A stretch of DNA of 64,000 bases, taken from positions 62,001-126,000 of the forward strand of contig JAYWIR010000090.1 of the NCBI GenBank assembly GCA_036172245.1, in the 5' to 3' direction. Made by a program: the position numbers and the translations under genes. This DNA comes from Raillietiella orientalis. Lineage: Eukaryota. The notes below the pieces were generated by a model. The model was not told the DNA's origin. It did not search any database and was given only the letters and a program-made list of their open reading frames with translations. The first letter of the stretch is position 1. Every line of letters starts with the position of its first letter. Shown here in pieces: positions 24,269 through 36,906 of this stretch.

Positions 24269-27185
24269 TTGAAACCCGGTTGCGCCGGGTCGTTTATTCT
24301 CACGAATAAACCTATACAATCTGTGACTAAACCAGTAGTCCAGCCACGCCCTGGAAAGATATAGCTTGCCGGGCTACCGGTGCGCAGACCAGCGCGGTCG
24401 ACCTCGGCCGCAGAAGGGAGGGGGAACGAAACAAAAAGAAAACAAAAAATAAACAAAAATCAGGGAGGGAGCGGGAAGGGATCACAGTCTGCTGGGAGGG
24501 TCCGTCATCCTCTGGAGGATGCCGGCAAGCTGTTTCTGCTTGTGTGGTTCCAGATGGGGCCATCGCGTCGCCATCCTGAAGAAACGGGCGGCATACACGT
24601 TGGCATCCCTGTCGCTGGATCCTTTCGTCGCTTTGCTCCATGCCACGACGATCCCGCGTAGGCAGCACAGGGCTGCAAGCGACGCCGCTGGAGGCAGGGC
24701 GTCACAGACGAAGAGGGGGCGCAAAGCGTCTCTGGGGTTGCCCCTGGGGATCCCCAGGGCTGCGGCAAAGCGTTCCCACAAGGGACGGAGGGCAACACAA
24801 TCCACTAACAGGTGGGGGAGGTATTCCCTCTCCCCGCACCTGACACAATTAGGGTTGACACCCGTCCGCGTCCAGTGGTGTCGGCGGGCATTGCAAGGAA
24901 GCCCCCAATGCAACACCAGCAGTGCCGACTGTTGCCACTTCATGGGGAGGGTGCGCGAGTCCATGAGCACCGGGGGCCACTCGAGATGTCCCTCTGGAAC
25001 ATCCAGTAGCTCTCCCCAGCGCAACAGTCCATTTGAGGTGGTCCTCAAGGTCGCAGCGTTGGTGAGCTGACCCGTTCTCCAATCCCCGATCTTCTTTGCC
25101 CTGCTGGCGATCTTGAAAGTAACCTCCCATTGTGCCGCGACGTCGCTGCCCAGATGTTCCCGTAGGGTAGGCAGTACCGCAGCAAGGGAGGTTCTTTGTG
25201 CCCACGCTCTCCTTCGGGGATTCTCGATGATTTCTCGGAGCGTGCGGCGGGCATGCGGCCCGAACAGAGCTATTCTCTCGTGTTGCGGGCTCTGCTCCTG
25301 AATCATCGCCCACGTGCGGACGGTTTCCTGCAACCAGGCAGGACCGTTCGCGGGGCGTACGAGGATCCGCGCCGAGTTGTTCTTCACGAGCTTGGCCGCC
25401 CTCCGAAGTTGAAGTCCGCAGTGAAAGATGAGGCTTCGGAGTGCAAAGTAGGACGAGAGTCCCGCATTGCCGGTGGCCCGCTCGACGAGGAGACGTGCAG
25501 GGAGGCACCAAGGGGTGCACCAATTTTCTGCCATAAAGGCAACAACTCGGAACTGGAGCTGTAGCTCCAGCCGCTCCAACGTCAGGAGGCCCAGACCACC
25601 ATCCCGACGAGGAGCGCACAAGTCCGAAAGACGGACTAGGGGCCTCCCTCTGCCCCAAAGGGCGATCCTCAGGGGGTCCTTCGTCCTCTTCTTTGACTCC
25701 GCTGAGGGGGAGGAAAAAAAAAGCAAGGGGCGAAGGAGGGGGGCCGCAAACGCGTTCCACGCCACGGCCCGTTCATGCAGGAAGAACCTGCCGTCCTGGA
25801 ACGGGCCGATCGCCTCCTGAGCCTTCTGAAGGCAGCCGGACCACGCTTCCGTAGGGGAGTAATCCTCCAACGGCACACCAAGGTACTTGAAGTACCTCAC
25901 CGTGGAGATCCCCAAACGGACCCAGTCCTGCTGCCCTCCCCACGCCGCTCCGACTGGCATTACGGACGACTTCGCCCTGTTCACCGTCAGTCCTGTTCCA
26001 CGACTCAGCAGGTCGAAGAAGTCCTCGACCGCCGAGGCCGGGTTAAACATAGGCAGCAGCAGCAGAAGATCGTCCGCGTACGCTGAAACCGCACGCGTAC
26101 CGGGGCAATCGCACGGCAGGTGCGCCAGAGTCTCCCTGTACGCTCTCAGCACCAATTCGAAAAAGGCGCTAAAGAGCAGGGGGCTCAGGCTGTTTCCCTG
26201 CCGTATGCCGCGTCGCACCTGCACGGAGTACACGGTTCGCCCGCTGAAAAGAGCATTAATGAGCGCGTCGCGCCAGCTGGAGCGCAGGTAGGCCAACAAA
26301 GAGGCCGGGAAACCCGAGCGTTTTAGAAGCTCCAGCAGGAGATTCTGGTCGACGCTGTCGAATGCTTTACGCATGTCGACAGCGACCGCAAGGGCTCCCT
26401 TCCCCACCCGACCGTTCCGTCTCCCGCCAACGGACGCAGCGGAATTCCGACTGCTCAATAAGCCCCTTCCTTGTTGGAGCTCTAACCATGTGGAAGCGTG
26501 GAACAGGTTCGCCTCCATACTTCGCCCGGAAACAGCATATGTCTGTTCCGTGCTGATGAAGATGTTGACGACCCGTCCCAAGCGCTCTGCCCACGGCTTG
26601 GCTAGCAACCTGGCGTCCGCATTCACTATTGTGATGGGACGCCGGTTGTTCATGCTCCTTAGGTCTCCTCCCTTCGGGAGGAGCCGCACCTTTGCTGAAC
26701 GAAACGAGATGGGAACGTCACCTGTCTCGCGTATCAGCAAGGTGAGTTGATGTACCAGGGGCGTTAGCTCAGCCGCGAAAGTTTGATAAAACTCCGCAGG
26801 CAGGCCGTCCTCCCCTGGAGCCTTTCGCCTCTTGAGCTTTCCGATGGCCGAGATGATCTCGCCCATCGTGAAAGGCTCGTCGAGGTTTCTTTTCTCCTCC
26901 TCCCCGATCGCTGGAGCACCTTCCGGAAGCAGGAGTCGTGAGACAGCCTGCTCCGGAGGCGCCCTGGCGTACAGGAAGGAGTAAAATTTCCTCACTATCC
27001 CGCGTTTCTGAGGGGGAACCGAGTGCTCCCGGCCCTGGCCGTCCAGCAAGCTGGCCGACCCGGATTGCTAGGCTTGCCTCTCGGCTCCCGCTCGATACTC
27101 TGCTAACCTGCGCATGTCGGGGGTTCTCGCGTAACTTCGGGCCCGAAGATAGCACCTTTCGTTACGCGGCCCCTCCCCAAATCCC
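24269..27185 (-). mobile_element. LINE copy D, 3' segment (RT-CCHC, 3' UTR), antisense in B1
   Basis: 855-aa ORF 24482..27049 with DMRKAFD, YADD, CVRCGEREYLPHLLVDC; ends AATAAACGACCCGGCGCAACCGGGTTTCAA. Confidence 0.93.
24482..27049 (-). pseudogene. D ORF2 RT and C-terminal domains (longest uninterrupted frame in the window, but separated from its APE by B2)
   Basis: RT motifs intact; the upstream part lies at 34666-35404. Confidence 0.9.
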
Positions 27186-29915
27186 TTGGCGAGCGGACGT
27201 GTTTTTCCTGAGCTCCCGAGCGAGTCGACAGGAAGCGGTTTTTTCTTTGTGTGTGTTCGTGTGGAACATCGTTGGTGTCCGATGGCAGCGATGCCTGAGG
27301 ACACCACGATGGACGTAGGTGGGGGGAGGCTTGCCCACCTCCACAGCCTGCAGAATCAGGGGCGTCCTCCCCGGAATCATCCCTGGCAACGCCGAGGACG
27401 TGGAGCGCCATGGTTTCCGCGCCGAGCGCGGAAACCTTGGCAGAGCAAGCGGCCTACAGGGCCTCCGGATATAAACCATCTCTGGTTTATAAGGTAGGAC
27501 CCCTGTTTGATGGTCGCACCGCCCGGGCTTTTAATAGGGCACTGCAGGATTTCCCTGTACGCGAGGAGGATCTTGACGGCCTCTCCGTACCAGCGGGGGG
27601 CAGCGCGTGGAGGTCGTCTGCAAAGACGTAGCCTTAGCACAGCGACTCATTAACACCCCGCTGAATGTGGATGGCCGGAAGATCCTTCCGGTTTGCATGG
27701 ACCGCTCCGTAGTGGTCCATCTAACCGGCATTACGAACCGCATGACGCGATCTGCGGTGAGTAATGCACTAAGTAAGTACGGTGAGATACACACGTTGTG
27801 GCCAAAGCCTACCATTTTCGATGGCTTTAATAGCCATTTCGGAGGCCAGGCCGCTGCGCGTGTAACAGTTAATGAGGGCAGTGGCTTGCCCCACAAACTG
27901 GAGGTCGCAAAGGAATCCGTCGACCTCTGCTACGTGGGGAAACATTGCTATTTTGGATACTCCGATGCAGTAGGGCACTTGCGCAAGCGGTGCCCGAATA
28001 TCGAGTGCCACATGTGCGGAGTTAAGGGACACGTACCTCGTGTGTGCCCCAAACGCCCCACCCCGGTGCAAACTGCTGCCAAAAAGACGCAGGCCAAAAA
28101 AGGAAAAAAGGTCGAAAGACCTTCTCGGGAAACTGGCCGGCCCCAGTCGCCATCTCCTGTTCCTCCCACCCAGACGTCGGAGGAAAAACCCGCTGAAGAC
28201 GCGGGAGAGGAAGAAGGATGGAAGCTGGTAAAGGCCAGAAAAGAAAAAAAAGTTCCCCCCGTGGAACCCGCGAGAGCGAAGAGAGAAAAGAGAGCGAAAC
28301 CGAATAAACCCGGTCCGCGCTCGAAAACTCTTCGCGAGTGCACGGTGGCACTCGAACGGATTGCCGTCCCCGAGGCTGCCACCCGGGGCGACGAGCCTCC
28401 CCTCGCCGTTTCCGCCGCGCCCGAGGTTCGCGACGACGAACCCTCTGTTTGCACAGAGGGTGAGCCGCGCGAAGCGCGCGCCGAAAGCGAGGACGCGGCG
28501 TTCGCGCAGGCGGAGGAGGAGCTCGCGGCCACGCTGGCCGAGCGTGAGAACCCCTCACGCAAGGCCGTGCGAAGGCCGGCTCCGCCGAAGAAGGCCCCCG
28601 CAGGTGAGTGCGGCCTGGGGGCCGGAAGTGCATTTTCCTCGTCGGAGGTACCCCCCCGGAAGTCGGGACGCAAGTCCCAAAAGCCGAGGAGGCGCCTCCC
28701 CTCCACCAGCGAGGAGGAGAAGCAGGAAGCCGACGGCAGCGTGGGAATCCCGGAGGGGGAATCCCACGCGCGGAAGTCGTCGAGCAGGAAACCCCCATGG
28801 AGTAGGGTGAGCAGGGGGGCGAAGTCCTCCTTGAAGGCGCGGACCCTGTACAGCCCACCCGTATGGAGGAGGGCCAACAGGTAGGCGCGACCCCACCGGA
28901 GGGTGACCCGCCCGACGCGCCGTCACCGATGGAGCAGGGGGACCAGGTGCTCGAGGCACCTGTCCCTCCTGCCCCAACTAGCGTCCCGCCCCAACAAGTG
29001 GCGGACGCCGCAGAGCCGATTTCCCAGGAATAACACCTGGGCTCGCCTGTCGCCGTCGAATCCGCGTGGCCAGTTGGAACGTCAACGGGCTGCGCGACGA
29101 GGGCAACAGACGAGATACGGCCGACACCCTGCGTGAGTTCGACCAGGCCCTGCTGCAGGAGATCCACGTGATCACCTCGGCAGACGTCCAGGAGATCGAG
29201 ACAATCGCGGGGGGTCGACTGTATTGGCGATGCGGCGCCCGCAACACCTGTGGGGTCGCGTTTTTCGTGAAGCCGGCCATCGACGCTGCCGTGAAGGGCG
29301 TACTCTTCGATGACGACGGTCGGGTCGGTCAGCTCACTCTCAGCTGGTCCGACTCGATCGGATTGATCGTCACGAACGTGTACGCCCCAAGCGGGAAAGA
29401 AGGATACAGCCACCGTACCAAGTTGCTGGAGACCCTGAAGCGCGACTGGCTGGCCGATACGAACGTACGGAAGGCACACCTGATAGCTGGGGACTTTAAT
29501 CTCCGTCTGCTGTCAGGTGAGCCCGAAGCACAAGAACGCACGGCCAACAAGTTGTGCGCTGACATGCGCACGCGCAACTTGTTGGTGGACGCAGAGGGAA
29601 TGGACCGCAGCAGCGACCACTTCTTCCTGGATGTCGACCTGTGCTCGCGGGTCGGCAAACGATGAAAAGTTGCGTCGACGCTGTCGGACCATTCCAGGTT
29701 AATCGCCGAGGTATGCCCGCGCGATAAAGGACCCCAGGCCAGGGCGTGGAGGTCGCTTGAGGACTGGAAGAGGCTCTCAGGTGCGAAGGAACACCTTCGC
29801 GAATTGCTGAGAGGCGTCACCCTCCGCAGTCTCGAAGATTGGGACATTTTCAAGGCCTCGGTCCGCGAGTTCTGCGAAGAGTTCCCCCTGCACCGCCTGC
29901 CCTTCGGATTTGGGG
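27186..29915 (+). mobile_element. LINE family B, copy B2, 5' segment (ORF1, APE), antisense in D
   Basis: Starts TTGGCGAGCGGACGTGTTTTT; ORFs 27607..28884 and 29066..29665; TSD CCCCAAAT(C/T)CC at 27175-27185 and 34666-34676. Confidence 0.92.
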
Positions 29916-31731
29916 TTATCACCCGAGTACGCCCGGGGTGTTTATTAATAAACTCTACATGCGTGGTAGAAGGCCCCACCACTGCCGTAAACACAGGACC
30001 TGTCGGGACACCGGGACGCAGCCCGGCGTGGCACTCCCCGACAGCGAAAGGGGATGAGGGGAAAAACAAAGAGAAAAATAAAGAAATAAAAAAACAAAAA
30101 GAGTTTGGAGGGCAGGGTAGGGATCACTGATCGCTGTGAGGAGGGCTATCCTTCGAAGAAAGCCCTCGAGGTCTCTCCGCATATCTCCCAGCTGGGGCCA
30201 TCCGGCAGCTCTCCGCAAGAAGCCTAGGGCATACGGGATGACATCCCTCGCCTGTGGACCCACTCTTTCGTTGTTGGCGTCGCTCCATGCAGCCACGATG
30301 CCACGGACGCAGCACAAGGCTGCCCTGGCTGCGGCTGGCTGCAGTGCGTCCTTCACGAAGAGGGGCCGAAGAACGTCTCTGGGATTGCTGCCTGTAGGGA
30401 GCCCGAGGGTCGTCCCGAACCGCTTCCAAAGGGGTCGGAGGGCAGCACAATCCACAATAAGGTGGGGAAGCGAATTCCGCTCCCCGCACCTGGCACACGC
30501 AGGATCCACAGCTGCCCTCGTCCAGTGGAAGCGGCGCGCGTTGCAGGGTAGACCCCAGTGCAACAAAAGCAACGCCGACTCTTGCCACTTAAGGGGCAGG
30601 ATCCTGGATTCCTTCAGTACCGGGGGCCACTTTAGCACATCCGTAGGGATGGCGAGCAGCTCGCCCCATCTTAATAATCCTCGCGGCTGGACGCTCGGGG
30701 TCGTGGCGTCGGCCAGTTCTCCTGTTGTCCAGCCGCTCAACTTCTCGTGTCCCTCGATGCAGCAGGAGACTTGCCACCTTGGTGTCCGGCTGCTGTGAAG
30801 TGCCCTCCTCAGGAAGGGCAGCGCCGTAGCTAGGCAGGTCGTCTCTGCCCACGTGCATCTTGCTGGACTATCCAGGAGATTCCGCAGCGGGCGTAGGGGC
30901 TGCATCGGAGACGATTCCAAGTTTTGTGGCTCCTCTGGTTAACCGCTGCCCACGTTCCAATATTCTCCTCCAGCCAGGCGGGGGAGTTGGCGGGGCAGCA
31001 AACCATCCAGCTGTTCTCCTTGGCCAATGTTGCCATGCGCCCGAGCAGTAGGCCGCATCTTCGCATCTTCCAGCCACGGCTCAGAAGAAAAGACGCGAGT
31101 CCATCGCTCCGGGACTCACGGCTGGAAAGGAGGCGGGCCGAAGTGCACCAAGGGGTGCTCCACATCTTCGCTGCGATGGCGTGGGTTCGCCACCGCAGCT
31201 GCTTCTGCACGCGCTCCAGCGTCAGGAGGCCAAGACCGCCGTCCCGACGCGGAGCGCACAAGTCCTTCAGAGGGTCTCGGGAACTCCCCTTGCTTCAAAG
31301 GGCGATACGGAGGAGGTCCTTCGTCCTCTTCTTCGATTCCACGGTGGGGAGGCAAACAAAAAGCAAGGGGAGGAGGATGGGGGCCGCATAGGGGTTCCAA
31401 ACCGCGGCCCGTTCCGGCAAGTGAAACTTGCCTTCCAGGAACGGGCCGATCGCTGTCTCGACTTTTTGGAGGCAGCTGGACCACGCTTCCGCAGGTAAGT
31501 AGTCCCCCAACGGCACACCAAGGTACTTGAAGCACCTCGCCGTGGGGATCCCCAGACGTAACCAGACCTGCTGCCCTGCCCACGCCGCACCTATTGGCAC
31601 AACCGACGACTTCGCCTTGTTAACCTGCAGTCCGGTCCCGCGGCTGAGCAGATCGAAGAAGTCTCCGACCGACTTTGCCGGGGTGGACATTGGCAACAAG
31701 AGCAGAAGATCGTCGGCGTACGCTGCAACGG
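29916..31731 (-). mobile_element. 5'-truncated B-family-like copy G, antisense inside B2
   Basis: Begins just upstream of YADD; ORFs 31295..31759, 30830..31261, 29955..30920 resemble B2 ORF2; ends AATAAACACCCCGGGCGTACTCGGGTGATAA; degenerate TSD CGGATTT at 29905 and 31732. Confidence 0.9.
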
Positions 31732-34665
31732 CGGATTTTGAAAGGGGGCTGGGAACCATAGGGCCTATTTACAGACCCGTCGGTACGAGAGGACCCCCAA
31801 TGTCGGTCTCCTGGAAGAATATCGTGCCGGGGCCGAGCGCTAAGCCTGGCAATCCAGGTCGCCAGCTTGCTGGACGACCAGGGCCGGGGGTGATCGGCCC
31901 CACCTGCGATCAGGCACCTCGTGCGCCATTACTATTCCTCCCTCTACGCTAGGGCACCCATAGAGCGGGACGCATCGCGACTCCTGCTTCCGGACGGAGC
32001 CCTGGCAATAGGGGAGGAGGAGAGGATCAGCCTCGACGAGCCTTTTTCTACCGGTGAAATTCTCGCCGGTATTAAAAGGCTCAAGAGGCGTAAGGCGCCA
32101 GGGGAGGACAGCCTGCCTGCAGAATTTTTTCAATGCTTCGCGACAGAGCTGGTCCCCCTGGTGCTCCAGTTGACCGGGCTGATCCGAGACGAAGGCGACG
32201 TTCCGGCCTCGTTTCGGTCAGCCCGCGTGAGGCTCTTCCCTAAGCGAGGAGACCTGAGATCCTTAGGCAATTGGCGTCCGATGACAATTGTGAATACGGA
32301 CGCCCAGCTGGTCGCTGGACTGTGGGCTTCGCGTCTAGGACAGGTGGCAGACTTCATAATTAGACCGGAGCAGACATACGCTGTTCCCGGGCGAAGTATG
32401 GATGCCAACCTGTTCTTCGGGAGCACATGGTTCCATGTGCAGCGCTGCCTGAATGAAACTGGCGGAAAGATTGGCAACCCCTCTTTGGGGCCGCCAGCTG
32501 AACTGGGAATGGACACCCGGGCTGGGAAGGGGGCCCTAGCGATCGCGGTCGATCTCCATAAGGCGTTCGACTGCGAGGACCAGGAGCTACTGTTGGAGCT
32601 CCTGGGTCGCATGAGCTTTCCACCCTCCCTTCTCTCCTTCCTGCGCTCCTGCTGGCCCAACGGCATCGTTAACATCTGCTTTTCCAGCCAACAGGTGTAC
32701 GGCGTGCCGGTGCGGCGGGGCATACGGCAGGGTGATAGCCTCAGTCCCCTGCTCTTTAGCACCTACTTTGAGTTGGTGCTGAGAGCGTACAGGGTGACTT
32801 TGGCTGCCCTGCCCAGCTCGTTTCCCGGCACGCCCGCCGTAGCAGCATACGCCGACGACCTTCTGCTCATGTTGCCCATGTCCGTCCCAGCAGCCGCAGT
32901 CGAGGATTTCTTCGACCTGCTAAGTCGTGGGACTGGACTTCGGGTAAACAAGGAGAAGTCGTCGGTCGTACCGGTGGGTGCGACGTGGGTCGGACGGCCT
33001 GACTGGATCCGCTTGGGGATTGCCGCGGCCAGGTACCTGAAGTACCTGGGTGTCCCGTTGGGGGATTTCTGCCTCGCAGAAGCCTGGTCAGGTCGTCTCC
33101 AGAAGGTAGAGTTGGCAATCGGCCCGTTCCTGGAAGGCAAGTTCCTTCTGCCGGAACGGGCCGCGGTGTGGAACGCGTTCGCGGCTCCCATCCACCGCCC
33201 CCTGCTTTTTGTTTGCCGTGTCCCCCGTGACATTAAAAAGAGGACCAAGGACCTACTCCGCATCGCCCTCTGGGGCAGCGGGTGGCCTCGTGTGCCTCTA
33301 GATGACTCATGCGCTCCTCGCCGGAAGGCGTTCTCGGCCTCCTGACTCTGGAGCGCCTGGACATACAGCTGCGATGGCGCACCTTCGCCATCGCAGCAAA
33401 GTCATGGAGCACCCTTCTGTGCGTTCCGGCCCGACTCCTCGCCAGCCGTGTGTCCAGGACGCAAGGACTCGCGTCGTACCTTCTGTGCTCTGGCAGGAAG
33501 GTCAGAAGATGCGGCCTTCTCCTTGGGCGCATGGAAGCCCTGGTGAGAGACAACGGCTGGACGGTATGGAGCCCCACCAAATCCTCCGCCTGGCTGGAGG
33601 AATCCGTTGCGACGTGGGCGAAGCTGAACCTCCAGACTTCCCCGGACTGGAACCGCCTGCGATTCGGCCCCAACGCCCGCTCCACACTGCGGACTACTCT
33701 GGAGTGTCCCGCCAGGAGCACGTGGGAGGAGACTACCCCTCTAGCTTCGACCCTGCCCTTCCTACGAAGGGCTTTAACCAGCGGCCGCAAGCTAAAGTGG
33801 CAAGTCTCCTGCCGAATCGCAGGAAAGGAAAAGAAGATGAGCGGTTGGACCATGGGAGAACTGGCAGATGCCACGACCCCGAGTGCCCTCCCGCGTGGGC
33901 TTCGTAGATGGGGCGAGCTGCTCGACATCCCGATGGATGACCTGAAGTGGCCTTCAATATTAATCGGATCCAGGATTCTCCCCCTTAAGTGGCAAGAGTC
34001 GGCACTGCTACTGTTGCACTGGGGTCTTCCCTGCAACGCGCGCCGCTTCCACTGGACGCGGGGAAGTGTAAGGCCTGAGTGTGCCAGGTGTGGGAGCGAG
34101 AATTGCTCCCCCACCTACTTGTTGACTGTGTTGCCCTCCGACCCCTGTGGGAACGGTTCGAGACGACCCTCGGGCTCCCAATGGGCAGCGCGCCCAGAGA
34201 CGTTCTTCGGCCTTTCTTAGTGCGGGACGCCTTGCAGCCCGCCGCAGCCCTTGCAGCCCTCTGCTGCACCCGGGGCATCGTGGCGGCCTGGAGCGACATT
34301 CGCGACGAAGGAGTGGATGCCAACGCGAGGGATGTCATCCCGTATGCGGTCTGCTTCATGCGGAGAGCTGCGAGATGGCCCATCTGGGCAGCATGAAAAT
34401 GGACCTGGAGGGCATCCTGCGAAGGATGGGCCCTACTCCCAGTAGATTGTGATCCCTTTCCCTCCCTCCAAACTCTTTTTGTTTTTTTTTTCATATCTTT
34501 ATTTTTCTTTTTGTTTTGATCCCTATCCCCCTCCACTGCCGAGGAGCGCCGGGCTGCGTCCCGGCGTCTTGGCAGGTCCGGCGTTGTGTGGCCGATAGTG
34601 GGGCCTCGTACCACGTCTATGTAGAGTTGTTTTCAATAAACGCCCCAGGAGTACCCTCGTGAAAA
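31732..34665 (+). mobile_element. B2 3' segment (RT-CCHC, 3' UTR)
   Basis: Resumes at the GF codons where B2 was broken; ORFs 31921..33345 (YADD), 33309..34220, 34079..34396; ends AATAAACGCCCCAGGAGTACCCTCGTGAAAA. Confidence 0.9.
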
Positions 34666-35404
34666 CCCCAAATTCCGCAGGTAGGCGATGCAGAGGGAAC
34701 TGGTAGCAGAACTCCTGGACCGACCGCTTGAAGCGGTCCCAGTCCTGAAGTGTCTGTATCCTGAAGCCCCGAATGAACGCGCGAAGGTGTTCCGCCGCGT
34801 CGGGAAACTTCAGCCAGTCCCCTGGCAGACGCCACGCTGACGAGAAGGGGCCCCTGTCGCGCGGATGGATCTCGAGAACTAGCGGGCGATTTTCGGACAG
34901 CTCACACGGTAACTTGCGGCGCCTGTCCACGCGACGGCGAAGGTGCTCGTCAAGAAACACGTGGTCGATGCTGTCTTTTATCCAAGGTGCACTGGCCAAC
35001 AAATTACAGGTGTGCACCGCTATGCACACCTCGTTGACCAGGTCACGCTCCGGATTCTGCCCATCTGGTTTCAGGCAAACGTTGAAATCTCCTGCAACCA
35101 GATGGGCATTCCGCACGCCTCCTTTGGTCAGCCAGTCGCGCCGGAGGGCAAGGAAAAACTCTTTCCTCGCCCTCCTGTTCATCAGATCAGCGCCACTCGG
35201 TGCGTACACGTTCGTGACGATCAGATCGATCGAGTAGGACCACCTGAGAGTCAGCTGGCCGACACGACCGTGATCGTCGAACCGCACGTCCCGAGTTGCG
35301 GCCTCGACGGCTGGCCGAAGCAAGTAGGCGATACCGCAACTTTTCAGTTTTTCACACCTATACCATAGCTGCCCTCCGGAGATCCGTTCGATCTCTGGCG
35401 CTCG
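34666..35404 (-). mobile_element. D upstream segment (APE domain), interrupted by E2
   Basis: ORF 34523..35323: NVYAP, GDFN, IDH ... FPLHRLPAEFG; joins 27185 across the B2 TSD. Confidence 0.9.
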
Positions 35405-36767
35405 TACAGTGCAGACGTGTTTCCGCGTCTATCAGCGCCAACGATCGGGCAACCTTGTGCCTGCGTTTTCGCTCGCACTTGTGTGTTCCTGTGCAATCTG
35501 CCAAGTAGCATAGTGCAACATGGCCAGTAAACAGGATAGTGTGGAGGAGCAAGCCACTGGATGCACTTCAGCTGCACTTGAAGTGGCCGCATCCGCCGTA
35601 ATGGTTTCCTGGCCCCCGGTGAGGAGTTACGCCGCCGTTACCTCCCAAAGACCAGGACCCTGTGATGCGGAGTTCCAGGCATATGTGTCATCAGGATACA
35701 TGCCTGCACTCCGCTATAAGGTCAGTGGGCCTCTTAACGGGAGAATCGGTCGTGAGCTCAATGATGAGCTCGTCCGGATCGGCGTTCGCGAGAAGGAACT
35801 CCTTGCCATAATGTCTGCTGGCAGGATGGAATATACGAAGATTCGGTGCAAGAACGCAGCACTTGTGCAGCGCTTTCTCCGTACGCCGTTGACCATCAAT
35901 GGCAAGGAAGTCCTACCTACCGCGATGGACGACTCTTTTGTCGTTGAATTGTACGACATCGATCCCGAAATCTCCGACCGCGATGTCGTAAGTGTGCTGG
36001 CGAAGTTTGCCACCGTGCACGCTCTGTGGAGGAGGCCAAATCCTTTAAAGGATTTCCCCTCTGTCCACATTGGACAAGCCTTTGCGCGGATCACCGTCAC
36101 GAACAGGCGTGTTGTGCCTGAGCAGCTGCAGTTGAACGGCACGGTCGTTCACCTGTGGTTCATAAGCCAGACTCGTGGGTGCGAGCAGTGCAAAAGAGAT
36201 GGGCATCAAATTAAAGAGTGCCCCTCTCCAAGATGCCGCTATTGCAAAGATTCGGGGCACAAAATCAAAAAGTGACCGGTACTTGCAAGAAAAAAAGGGG
36301 CCGCAGCGGAAATTCGTCGGGTCCAAGAGACCACTGCACGAAAAGCCGCAGCAGAAATAAAAAACGTCGTACGCAAAAACTCGGAAAAAACAACGAGGGA
36401 TCCGCGGTTGAAAAGAAAGCATCCCCACCCGCAACGTCCCGAAAGGAGGAAGTCACTGCGGGGAAGCCAATTAAAAAGTGGCGCGAGGGTTTGACGCGTG
36501 CCGTGCCCTCCCTCGCTGCCGAACTCGCAGGCACCTCGCCGAACCGGGAACCAGGAAATCTCCGTAACACCCTGGAGGGAAAGAAAGGAAAACAGGAAGA
36601 TCGCAACAGTGCGAAGACTTCTTGCCCCGTTCCGTTGTCCCTTCCGAGTTCCGGACAGCCCCACTGCAGCGCAGGCCCTTCTGCAAAGGCTACGAAAGCC
36701 TTAAAAAGCAGCGTCGCGACGAGGAAAAGCACGCTGCATGCAGTCGGCTCATCGCCGACTCGGCAGG
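35405..36767 (+). mobile_element. LINE family E, copy E2, 5' segment, antisense in D
   Basis: ACAGTGCAGACGTGTTTCC start; ORF1 35520..36275 with 2 knuckles. Confidence 0.92.
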
Positions 36768-36906
36768 TTTCCCCAAGTCCCACAAGGGGTAGGATAAATT
36801 TATTTTTCGAAAATTTTTCTACAAAAGCATTCACACTACAGTCTCATTCTTACAATTGGCACTGTCTTTACCACTCTGAAGTCCATGGGTTCACAAGTTC
36901 TGCACT

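Noticed and set aside
31731..31860. 5' inversion (twin priming) of a single element to explain the head-to-head RT pieces
   Set aside because: The plus-strand piece resumes B2 at the GF codons with a TSD remnant, and both pieces have their own YADD and 3' end, so G is a separate insertion.
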